Shown in pieces: positions 1 through 8,237 of a DNA stretch of 64,000 nt (positions are counted from its first letter, which is position 1; every line of letters begins with the position of its first letter). The notes under the pieces were generated by a model that ran no database searches, had not been told where the DNA came from, and worked only from the letters and a program-made list of their open reading frames with translations. Origin of the DNA: an uncultured cyanobacterium (GTDB lineage: Bacteria; Cyanobacteriota; Cyanobacteriia; Cyanobacteriales; Nostocaceae); the NCBI GenBank assembly GCA_963740315.1, contig CAVUDP010000001.1:320001-384000 (forward strand). The letters are read 5' to 3'. The position numbers and the translations under genes were made by a program.

Positions 1-737
1 CAGGATTTGGTTCACCAGCATTTCAAGGAATATCGCTGTTTTTGGGTTTACTCTTATCTTTGGGTTCTAGCGTCGTAGTAGCCAACGTTGTCGCCGGAAT
101 TATCTTAATTTACACCCGTGCTTTTCAGATTGGAGACAGAATAAAAATTGGTGATGCTATTGGTGACGTTGTAGAAAAAACTTTATTTGTTACCCGTATG
201 CGTACTGTTAAAAACGTAATTATTACCCTTCCTAATACCAGCGTTTTTACCAGTCAAATAGTTAACTATACCGCTGCCGAATTAGATCCCAACCAGGCAC
301 CATTAATCTTACATACCACCATAACTTTGGGTTATGACGTACCCTGGCGCAAAGTACATCAAGTATTAGTTGACGCGGCAAAATCTACCACAAATCTTCT
401 TTCCGAACCAGATCCTTTTGTATTGCAAACTAGTTTAGATGACTTTTATGTAAGTTACGAATTGAATGCTTTTACTCGCAATCCGAGTATAATGGCTCGC
501 ATTTATTCGGAACTGCATCAAAACATTCAAGATAAATGTAACGAAGCAGGAATTGAAATTCTTTCACCACATTATTCAGCCGTGCGAGATGGAAGTCAAA
601 CTACAATTCCAGAAGACTATCTTCCGAAGAATTATACGACACCTGGCTGGGGAATTTTCCCTCAAGGAAGCATACTTGATTTATTGAATAATAATCATAA
701 TTCAAATCAAAATCAATCGAAAGAAGGTAAAGAGTAG
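1..737 (+). CDS. MscS-family mechanosensitive ion channel (5' part outside window)
   Basis: AFQIGDRIKIGDAIGDVVEKTLFVTRMRT and LPNTSVFTSQIVNY motifs; frame runs in from the window edge. Confidence 0.9.
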   Translation, partial: GFGSPAFQGISLFLGLLLSLGSSVVVANVVAGIILIYTRAFQIGDRIKIGDAIGDVVEKTLFVTRMRTVKNVIITLPNTSVFTSQIVNYTAAELDPNQAPLILHTTITLGYDVPWRKVHQVLVDAAKSTTNLLSEPDPFVLQTSLDDFYVSYELNAFTRNPSIMARIYSELHQNIQDKCNEAGIEILSPHYSAVRDGSQTTIPEDYLPKNYTTPGWGIFPQGSILDLLNNNHNSNQNQSKEGKE

Positions 738-743
738 GTTTTT

Positions 744-880
744 GTTTGTAGTAAGGACTTTAGTCCTTTTAAGGAGAGGACTGAAGTCCTTACTACGAAC
801 CCGAACGATTTATTTTGTTATTGTTTGTAGTAAAGGCATTATTTATTTTTAAAGAGAGGACTGAAGTCCTTACTACGAAC
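744..880. repeat. GTAG-type REP-like palindromic element, one full and one degenerate copy
   Basis: gtttgtagtaaggactttagtcct...aggactgaagtccttactacgaac at 744-800; right arm repeated at ~858-880; same family at 3798, 7920 and 12104. Confidence 0.85.
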
Positions 881-999
881 CTTAAATGATATTTAATTTG
901 TGTAAATTATAATTAGATTATAAGGTAACACAAAGCTTTTATATTTTTAAATCTAAAATCCAAATTTCTAAATTAACTCTTATTCTTAACTAAATAAAA

Positions 1000-1917
1000 A
1001 TGACCAACTCACTTACAAATATTCAAAGCTGGCTATCCGATCCTACTATTAGCAGATTAATTGAAGTTGCCATCGGCATTGTAATTATTGCATTAGTTTT
1101 CCGGTTTATTAGCCAATCTTTACCGCGCTACATTCAAGACTCTGATACTCGTTACCGAACCCGTAAAGCTATTAGTTTTATCGGATACGTAACAATGCTG
1201 CTGTTTGCAGTTTTTGTATTTAGCGATCGCCCGGGGCAATTTACAGTAATCTTCGGTGTAGTCGGTGCGGGTATCGCTTTTGCACTACAAGAGGTAATCG
1301 GTAGTTTTGCTGGTTGGGTGGCAATTTCTTTTGGTCAATTTTATAAGCCAGGAGATAGAGTACAGTTAGGCGGTATCATGGGCGATGTGATTGACATCAG
1401 CATTTTGCGAACCACTTTAATGGAATGTGGTGACTGGGTAAAAGCCGATTTATATAATGGACGTATTGTCAGAATTGCTAACAGCTTTGTATTCAAAGAA
1501 CCCGTATATAACTATTCGGCAGACTTTGCTTTTCTTTGGGATGAAATTACCGTACCTGTAAAGTATGGTAGCGAACATAAATTAGCAAGAGAAATTTTAG
1601 AGAAAGTAGCGTTTGAAGTTACTAGTGAATATATTCCTCAAGCCAAACAACAATGGCATCAAATGACGAACAAATACTTAATTGAAGATGCACGAATAGA
1701 ACCAATAGTTACTTTAATAGCTAACGATAACTGGATGCAGTTTACAATTCGTTATCCTGTAAGTTACAAAAAGCGCCGCATTAAGAAAGACCAACTATTT
1801 ACTCGGATTCTCGATGAATTTGAAAACACCAACGGACGAGTTACATTTGCTTCCGCAACTTTCGAGCTTGTAGAAGCCCCTACATTTAACGTCAGATTGA
1901 CAGATAAAGTCATTTAG
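1000..1917 (+). CDS. MscS-family mechanosensitive ion channel
   Basis: Three TM helices, GAGIAFALQE, GDRVQLGGIMGDVIDISILRTTL. Confidence 0.92.
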   Translation: MTNSLTNIQSWLSDPTISRLIEVAIGIVIIALVFRFISQSLPRYIQDSDTRYRTRKAISFIGYVTMLLFAVFVFSDRPGQFTVIFGVVGAGIAFALQEVIGSFAGWVAISFGQFYKPGDRVQLGGIMGDVIDISILRTTLMECGDWVKADLYNGRIVRIANSFVFKEPVYNYSADFAFLWDEITVPVKYGSEHKLAREILEKVAFEVTSEYIPQAKQQWHQMTNKYLIEDARIEPIVTLIANDNWMQFTIRYPVSYKKRRIKKDQLFTRILDEFENTNGRVTFASATFELVEAPTFNVRLTDKVI

Positions 1918-1999
1918 AAACCTGCCTCTTCAATATAGAAATGCTATGGTTAGAATAAAGATAAAATCCTACACATTCTAATACTAATAGGAGACGATC

Positions 2000-2158
2000 G
2001 TGGATTTAATTCGCATAATTTGTGCTATTTTCCTTCCCCCTTTAGGAGTATTTTTACAGGTTGGTATCGGTACTGACTTTTGGATTAATATTGTTTTAAC
2101 CTTGTTAGGATATTTTCCTGGAATTATTCACGCAGTTTGGGTAATTGCGAGAAAATGA
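2000..2158 (+). CDS. YqaE/Pmp3-family small membrane protein (52 aa, not in ORF track)
   Basis: GTG start after AGGAG; MDLIRIICAIFLPPLGVFLQVGIGTDFWINIVLTLLGYFPGIIHAVWVIARK. Confidence 0.92.
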   Translation: MDLIRIICAIFLPPLGVFLQVGIGTDFWINIVLTLLGYFPGIIHAVWVIARK

Positions 2159-2233
2159 AAAATTAATAATTATAAAAGATAGAAGAAAGAGTAAAAAATT
2201 ACTGTTTCCTTCTATTTTTTTATGTAACATTAC

Positions 2234-3769
2234 TTAGCCAAACCCACCACCACCAGGGGTTTCGATCGCAAAAACATCCCCAGCTTTCATTTCTACTGTT
2301 GCGGTACTATCTAGTATTTCCTCGCTTCCATCTTTACGTATTACCAAGTTACGCCCAACTTTTCCCGCATTTCCATTATTTAAACCAAAGGGAGATATCA
2401 AACGATGACTGCAAAGAATATTCGCTGTCATATTTTCTAAAAATTGGATGCGACGAATCACGCCATTACCACCCGAATGTTTTCCCTTACCACCGCTACC
2501 GAGACGCAAACTAAAGTTTTCTAAAAGTACGGGATATCGCGTTTCTAATACTTCGGGATCGGTTAAGCGCGAATTCGTCATGTGAGTTTGCACCGCATCC
2601 GTACCGTCAAAGTCTGCACCAGCACCGGAGCCACCACATATTGTTTCATAATATTGATAGTTTTCGTTGCCGAAAGTAAAATTATTCATCGTACCTTGGG
2701 AACCAGCCATTACACCCAAAGCACCATACAAAGCATCGACAATAGTTTGGGAAGTTTCCACATTACCCGCGACTACTGCTGCTGGATAAGTTGGGTTGAG
2801 CATACAGCCTTGGGGAATGATAATTTCTAAAGGGTTAAGACAACCTGCGTTGAGAGGAATATTATCATTAACTAAGGTGCGGAAGACATATAAAACGGCG
2901 GCTTGAGTTACAGCTTTGGGAGCATTAAAGTTACTATTTAGCTGTTTGGATGTGCCGGTAAAATCTATTATTGCACTGCGATTTTCTTTATTGATAGTAA
3001 CTTTAACTTGAATTTTCGCGCCGCTATCCATTTCATAACTAAACGAACCATCTTTTAAAACATCAATTGCTTTTCGTACCGCTTCTTCGGCATTATCCTG
3101 GACAAATCGCATATAATCTTGTACTACTTCCAAGCTATATTGCTCAACCATTTTGAGTAATTCTTGAACGCCGCGATTGTTGGCCGCAATTTGTGCTTTA
3201 AAATCAGCTATATTTTGGTCGGGATTTCTGGCTGGATAAGTATGATTTGCAAGTATTTCCCTCACCGCATCTTCTCGAAAATTACCTGATTCAACCAAAA
3301 GAAAATTATCAAATAAAATTCCTTCCTCTTCTATAGTCTTACTATGAGGAGGCATGGAGCCGGGTGTAATTCCGCCGATATCCGCTTGATGTCCCCTCGA
3401 AGCAACGTAAAAAATGGGAGTGTCGGAAGAAAAAACGGGGGTAATTGCTGTTACATCGGGAAGATGAGTTCCGCCGTTATAAGGGTTATTTGATAAATAG
3501 ACATTTCCCGGTTTTAAACTGTCGCCTTTATCAACGATCAAACTGCGGACGCTTTCACTCATTGAACCCAAATGTACGGGAATATGAGGAGCATTTGCAA
3601 CTAACAAACCTGAAGAATCAAAGATTGCACAGGAAAAGTCTAAACGTTCTTTGATATTTACCGATGCTGCGGTATTTTGCAGCACGATTCCCATTTGTTC
3701 GGCAATAAATTGATAGAGATTTTTGAAGATTTCTAAGCGAACTGGGTCGGGTTTTGATGTTTTATGCAT
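2234..3769 (-). CDS. Hydantoinase B / 5-oxoprolinase B-half protein
   Basis: [41 protein letters not shown]; start placed at the ATG at 3769. Confidence 0.93.
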   Translation of the reverse strand: MHKTSKPDPVRLEIFKNLYQFIAEQMGIVLQNTAASVNIKERLDFSCAIFDSSGLLVANAPHIPVHLGSMSESVRSLIVDKGDSLKPGNVYLSNNPYNGGTHLPDVTAITPVFSSDTPIFYVASRGHQADIGGITPGSMPPHSKTIEEEGILFDNFLLVESGNFREDAVREILANHTYPARNPDQNIADFKAQIAANNRGVQELLKMVEQYSLEVVQDYMRFVQDNAEEAVRKAIDVLKDGSFSYEMDSGAKIQVKVTINKENRSAIIDFTGTSKQLNSNFNAPKAVTQAAVLYVFRTLVNDNIPLNAGCLNPLEIIIPQGCMLNPTYPAAVVAGNVETSQTIVDALYGALGVMAGSQGTMNNFTFGNENYQYYETICGGSGAGADFDGTDAVQTHMTNSRLTDPEVLETRYPVLLENFSLRLGSGGKGKHSGGNGVIRRIQFLENMTANILCSHRLISPFGLNNGNAGKVGRNLVIRKDGSEEILDSTATVEMKAGDVFAIETPGGGGFG

Positions 3770-3797
3770 GGTTAATTGTTTATAACTGTGACTCAAA

Positions 3798-3853
3798 GTT
3801 CGTAGTAAGGGCTTTAGCCCTTAAATCGGAGGGCTTAAGCCCTTACTACAAAC
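3798..3853. repeat. GTAG-type REP-like palindrome
   Basis: gttcgtagtaagggctttagccct...agggcttaagcccttactacaaac. Confidence 0.85.
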
Positions 3854-3862
3854 CTATATTAA

Positions 3863-4408
3863 CTATCTGTTTTTTTCGCCAAAATTACGAGAATCATCTA
3901 AAATTTGATTAAATTGAGAGATTGCTTTCCAAGGATTTTGACCTTTGATTGCAGTTGTAACTATAAATTCATAGGGGTTTCTTTTCATTCGCATAACTGT
4001 TGATATGGCTTCTTGGTTGGAAAATCCCCTTTGATAAACTAACCATGCTGCTAAAACCTGTCCCGTGCGTCCAATTCCAGCAGAGCAGTGAACTACTACT
4101 TTTTCATTTTGGCGATCGCTTTCTACCAAAAATGGTAATATTTCCTCGATTAATAATTGCTTATCAACTAAATTAAAATCTTCAATCGGTGCCCAGCAAA
4201 TTTGTTTTAATCCAAATTCTTTTTTATATAAGTCTAGTAAGTTTGAATAATTATTTAATTGACTTTGGGCAAGCAAACAGCAAACGCGCTTTATACTTTG
4301 ACTTTGCATAAATTCAATCCACTGCAAAACCTGTTTATCCCGATATCCAGGTTTTGCACAACCATATACAATAGTTTCATGTTCGCTTGCTGCTGCAAAT
4401 CTGTACAT
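3863..4408 (-). CDS. Dual-specificity / protein-tyrosine phosphatase family
   Basis: VVVHCSAGIGRTG (HCX5R) signature. Confidence 0.92.
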   Translation of the reverse strand: MYRFAAASEHETIVYGCAKPGYRDKQVLQWIEFMQSQSIKRVCCLLAQSQLNNYSNLLDLYKKEFGLKQICWAPIEDFNLVDKQLLIEEILPFLVESDRQNEKVVVHCSAGIGRTGQVLAAWLVYQRGFSNQEAISTVMRMKRNPYEFIVTTAIKGQNPWKAISQFNQILDDSRNFGEKNR

Positions 4409-4534
4409 ACTGTTTTATCAATATTTTTAAATAATATTTTTTTTATCGCACAAAGTTAAAATTATTAATTATTGCCAATCTTCTCTAATAGTATTGAATG
4501 TTAGTATAATTTATGCAACCTAAAACGTCTATCA

Positions 4535-4888
4535 ATGACTCAATTCATAGCTTTACTAATTTCCTTAGCTATTGAAATTCCGATTATTTTATTGCTAACA
4601 CATTTTTCACAAAGATTCTCGTCTTTCGTTGAACTCTTAGCAATGTTTGCTCTGGCTTGCGGTGCAACTCTTTTAACTCATCCTATGGCATGGACGAGCA
4701 ATCAAATCATTATTTTTTACTTATTTCCCCCACTCACAATAATTATCGTTGAAGCTATTGTTATCTTAATTGAAGGTTTTTTATATTCGCAAGTATTAGA
4801 TATAGGATGGAAAAAAGGCTTTTGTATATCATTAATTGCTAATATCGCTTCCTATCTTGGTGGAGTAATTATTTTGAAATCTTTTTAG
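4535..4888 (+). CDS. Hypothetical membrane protein (~4 TM)
   Basis: Hydrophobic 117-aa ORF with TLLTHP motif. Confidence 0.7.
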   Translation: MTQFIALLISLAIEIPIILLLTHFSQRFSSFVELLAMFALACGATLLTHPMAWTSNQIIIFYLFPPLTIIIVEAIVILIEGFLYSQVLDIGWKKGFCISLIANIASYLGGVIILKSF

Positions 4889-5077
4889 TTATTTTTTTAG
4901 CCAGAATTGCTACTGCGATCGAGTATAGTTATGGTTTAATAAAAGTAAATATAATCAAGAATGTATTTTCACGTTATTAGATAACAATACGACGCATTAT
5001 TTATAACTCAAAAATCATTAAGTTGCATATTTATTCGTAGCTCGTAAAAATAAATCCTTCACTTTGTATTATTGTGT

Positions 5078-5091
5078 GCTACAGTTGTAGC
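5078..5091. promoter_or_regulatory. Perfect inverted repeat GCTACA-N2-TGTAGC, candidate operator
   Basis: Palindrome at the start of the structured leader, upstream of TATAGT at 5113-5118. Confidence 0.4.
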
Positions 5092-5196
5092 GAGATAGTA
5101 GTAAAGCTTCGCTATAGTTCGGGTTCAGTATACCCGACTGGTGCGCCGAGCAATGCTTTGAGCGTATACCGCGAACAACTTGAAACTATTTCAACA

Positions 5197-5269
5197 GTTT
5201 AATTAGCTCAGTGGTAGAGCAGTAGACTCATAATCTAAAGGTTCGTAGGTTCGATTCCTGCATTAAACA
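5197..5269 (+). tRNA. Atypical tRNA-like gene, anticodon CAT (Met/Ile2-type)
   Basis: Acceptor GTTTAAT/ATTAAAC, D-arm GCTC-AGTGGTA-GAGC, anticodon arm GTAGA-CTCATAA-TCTAA (one mismatch), T-arm GTAGG-TTCGATT-CCTGC, discriminator A. Confidence 0.85.
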
Positions 5270-5271
5270 CC

Positions 5272-5345
5272 CGGAAGTTAGCTCACTGGTAGAGCAATAG
5301 ACTCATAATCTATGATTAGCAGGTTCGATTCCTGTACTTCAACCA
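5272..5345 (+). tRNA. Second tRNA-like gene, anticodon CAT, imperfect acceptor stem, ends in ACCA
   Basis: D-arm GCTC-ACTGGTA-GAGC, ATAGA-CTCATAA-TCTAT, GCAGG-TTCGATT-CCTGT; acceptor pairs only GAAGT/ACTTC. Confidence 0.75.
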
Positions 5346-5350
5346 ACACC

Positions 5351-5473
5351 CTACCCTGTCACGGTAGACAAACTTTATAACGCTCCTAAGCTCCTTGCTA
5401 GAAACAAGGTTCCCTTCGGTTCGATTCGTCGAAACAGGGGAGCGTAATCCTAACAAATGCCTTGAAAAAGGCA
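5351..5473 (+). ncRNA. Cluster of anticodon-like stem-loops and a D-armless tRNA-like fold
   Basis: CTACC-CTGTCAC-GGTAG (5351-5367); ACGCTCC/GGAGCGT (5380-5445) enclosing CCTTG-CTAGAAA-CAAGG and a GGTTCGATTC T-loop-like motif; TGCC-TTGAAAAA-GGCA (5458-5473). Confidence 0.55.
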
Positions 5474-5823
5474 AACTCCGCGATGTAGGTGCTTGCAGCC
5501 GTTCGTTACTTGTTAACTTTCGGTAGCTATGGTGAAGGAGCCAGAGCGATCGCATCCATCTTTAACTTGAGTATGTGCTTCGTTGCTGCATTCAGTTTTT
5601 CTCCGGAAATTCTGGAAAAGCAAAGCGAACCTTGTATTTGAGAATTGTTTGATGATTTGAGATTACCTCCGGGTAATTTAAGGTAAGATAACAGTTCTCT
5701 TAATCCAGTTACTGAGAAGCTTTCGCCCGCAACGGAACCGTATCCGCACTTGCATTTGCGGAGTTTTTAATCTTCTTGTAATATGTGTAATACACGAGGT
5801 TTTGTGATTAGAGAAAAGAAATG

Positions 5824-5921
5824 GTAGTGTCCGCATCTTGCTTCCTAATTGATAAAAACCAAAATGATAATTGCAGGCTATCATTTATGGTACTTCCGAG
5901 CGACCAAGATGGTCGCACTAC
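5824..5921. repeat. Degenerate GTAG-type REP-like element
   Basis: gtagtgtccgcatcttgc ... gagcgaccaagatggtcgcactac arms. Confidence 0.55.
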
Positions 5922-5972
5922 AAAATAAAAAATTAATACATTCCCAATTCCCTATTCCCTTTCAAATTATTT

Positions 5973-7559
5973 ATGTTTCTATCTAGATTTTTTTCTTGGT
6001 TGCGACTGCCTAAATTATCTATAAAAATACCTATGTGGAAAACTTTCTATATTAAACCCGGTGAAATCGGAATTTTATATAACCGCAGCGATTTTAAGAA
6101 GATTCTAACTTCTGGAACCTATACTTATTTTGGTAGATATTGGCGGGTTGAAACTTTCGATTTAAAGCAGCCAGAAGCGAACATCGAAAACCTGGAATTA
6201 TTATTAAGAGATAATGCTGCGGAACTGCAAGAGCATCTATTAGTGGTACGTACTGACTTTAATCAAGCTGCCTTAGTACGAATAGGGCAACAATGGATAA
6301 GTATTTTACCGAATCAATTACGAGCATTTTGGCGCGGTTTTATTGAAGTAGAATCGCATATCTTTAACTTAGAAGAAAGTATAGAATTACCCACACAATT
6401 CGTGCAGCAACTGCGTGGATTTGCTTTGAATGGGTTAAAAAAAATCTTAGTTAAAGAATATGAAATCGGTTTATTATACGTACAAAATAACTTTGTTCGT
6501 CCTCTCGAACCTGGAGAATACGCTTTTTGGGCAGTAAATAAAGATGTTACTTTTTATGCGATGAGTCGTCTGGTGCATAATCCCGAATTTCCTCTCGAAG
6601 AAGTATTGATTGAGAGACATCCGGAGTTTGTTGCTGCTTATTGTGAAACCGTACAAACAGTTGCTCAACAGGTTGCGATTGTTCGGTATCAAGGTAAAGC
6701 GATCGCCATATTACCTCCAACTAATCGCAAGTTATTTTGGCAAGGTGTTGATGTCGAAATTATCGATATCGGTAATGATGCGAAGTTGTCACCTAGTTTA
6801 GTCGCACAATTAGTTTCGGGCTTACCAGAAACTGTAGTATTGAGTCGCAACGCTTTGCACGTTTGTAAAGTACCCGCTCAACACATCGGTTTGCTGTACG
6901 TAAACCAAGAATATCAAACACAATTGCGATCGGGAATTCATGCATGGTGGGTGTTTGGGCGTTCTTTCCAAAGCGAGGTTATAGACTTGCGCTTGCAAAA
7001 TCTAGAGGTTTCGGGACAAGATATCTTATCGAAAGACAAAGTACCTCTGCGTTTGAACTTAACTGCTGGTTTCCGCATTCAAGATGCACTCAGAGCAAAA
7101 AATGGATTGTCAGATTTTTATGGTTATCTATATAAAGAATTACAGTTTGCTTTACGTGCTGCGGTAGGTGAAAAGACATTAGATGAAATGTTGGAAGACA
7201 AAGGAGCGATCGATATTAGTATTGCCGAATACATTCGTCCCAAAGCCGCAGAATACGGAATAGAAATTGATTCGGTAGGAGTAAAAGACATCATTCTTCC
7301 CGGAGAAATAAAAACTATTTTGAGCAAAGTTGTAGAAGCAGAAAAATCAGCCCAAGCCAATGTAGTACGACGTAGAGAAGAGACTGCTGCAACTCGCAGT
7401 ATGTTAAATACAGCCAGAGTTATGGAAGATAACCCCGTAGCATTGAGATTGAAAGAGTTAGAAGTATTAGAAAGAATTTCTGAAAAAATCGAGAAAATTC
7501 AAGTTAACGGCAGCTTGGATAGTATTTTAACTGACTTGATTCAGATTAATCGGAGTTAG
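5973..7559 (+). CDS. Slipin-family (SPFH/Band-7) protein with repeated N-terminal beta modules
   Basis: QDILSKDKVPLRLN, GVKDIILPGEIKTILSKVVEAEK, RREETAATRSMLNTARVM, LRLKELE; alternative start at 6033. Confidence 0.9.
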   Translation: MFLSRFFSWLRLPKLSIKIPMWKTFYIKPGEIGILYNRSDFKKILTSGTYTYFGRYWRVETFDLKQPEANIENLELLLRDNAAELQEHLLVVRTDFNQAALVRIGQQWISILPNQLRAFWRGFIEVESHIFNLEESIELPTQFVQQLRGFALNGLKKILVKEYEIGLLYVQNNFVRPLEPGEYAFWAVNKDVTFYAMSRLVHNPEFPLEEVLIERHPEFVAAYCETVQTVAQQVAIVRYQGKAIAILPPTNRKLFWQGVDVEIIDIGNDAKLSPSLVAQLVSGLPETVVLSRNALHVCKVPAQHIGLLYVNQEYQTQLRSGIHAWWVFGRSFQSEVIDLRLQNLEVSGQDILSKDKVPLRLNLTAGFRIQDALRAKNGLSDFYGYLYKELQFALRAAVGEKTLDEMLEDKGAIDISIAEYIRPKAAEYGIEIDSVGVKDIILPGEIKTILSKVVEAEKSAQANVVRRREETAATRSMLNTARVMEDNPVALRLKELEVLERISEKIEKIQVNGSLDSILTDLIQINRS

Positions 7560-7571
7560 TTGTAAAAAAAA

Positions 7572-7598
7572 TGTAGAGACGTAGCAGTGCTACGTCTC
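7572..7598. repeat. TGTAGAGACGTAGCAGTGCTACGTCTC palindromic dispersed repeat
   Basis: Related copies at ~13736-13763, 16074-16128, 21855-21881 and 29439-29469. Confidence 0.85.
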
Positions 7599-7624
7599 CA
7601 TCAATTAATAGAGGAATAATAATT

Positions 7625-7927
7625 ATGGGTATACCAAAAAAAGGATCGAGAAAAATAACTGTAGATGGAGAACCTTTCATCTGGTTAATTAGAAGAGATC
7701 CTACTTATTATTCTTCTGATGTTGCCTATATAAACGTTGCTGTAGAACATACTGAAGAATCCGGTTCAAAATTAGTTATTATGGCTGATAGACCTATTAT
7801 GAATCTTGATAAAATTCAAGTCAAACCAGTTACACCTGCGGAAGTAGCGTCATGGATAAATCAAGCAGTTAAAGCTGGATGGGAACCGAAAAAACCGGGT
7901 AAACCATTTGAGTTTATAGGTTCGTAG
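7625..7927 (+). CDS. Hypothetical protein (100 aa)
   Basis: GAGGA RBS; co-directional with slipin; stop codon is the TAG of the downstream GTAG repeat. Confidence 0.8.
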   Translation: MGIPKKGSRKITVDGEPFIWLIRRDPTYYSSDVAYINVAVEHTEESGSKLVIMADRPIMNLDKIQVKPVTPAEVASWINQAVKAGWEPKKPGKPFEFIGS

Positions 7928-7974
7928 TAAGGACTTTAGTCCTAAATTCAAGGACTAAAGTCCTTACTACAAAC
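7920..7974. repeat. GTAG-type REP-like palindrome
   Basis: gttcgtagtaaggactttagtcct-aaattca-aggactaaagtccttactacaaac. Confidence 0.88.
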
Positions 7975-8163
7975 TTTAAAAACCTATTTCAACTTGATGA
8001 GTTCGTTTTATGCCAAATAGCATTTAGGATGTAGATATTTTTGAATTAATTAGTCATCATTAAAATAAATGGTGCGTTACGGCTTCGCTAAATTGTAATT
8101 TATTAAGATATATTATTCGTGCCGTAACACAACGGCAATATTGGGGGAGGAACATCCACACCC

Positions 8164-8206
8164 GGACACTTGCTACAACGGGGGGAACCCCCGCAACGCA
8201 GTGTCC
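8164..8206. repeat. Small dispersed GC-rich repeat (cyanobacterial SDR-like)
   Basis: ggacacttgctacaacggggggaacccccgcaacgcagtgtcc, nested hairpin in an AT-rich spacer. Confidence 0.65.
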
Positions 8207-8237
8207 TCCCAATTTGCCTCCCCTACAAAAACATATT

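Noticed and set aside
5602..5607. DIF1 motif in the slipin leader
   Set aside because: A single hexamer inside a hairpin stem, without the downstream CTGT seen at the two peptidoglycan-binding genes.
5316..5884. Minus-strand ORFs 5316-5555 and 5678-5884
   Set aside because: No recognisable motifs; they are antisense to the tRNA-like and hairpin region.
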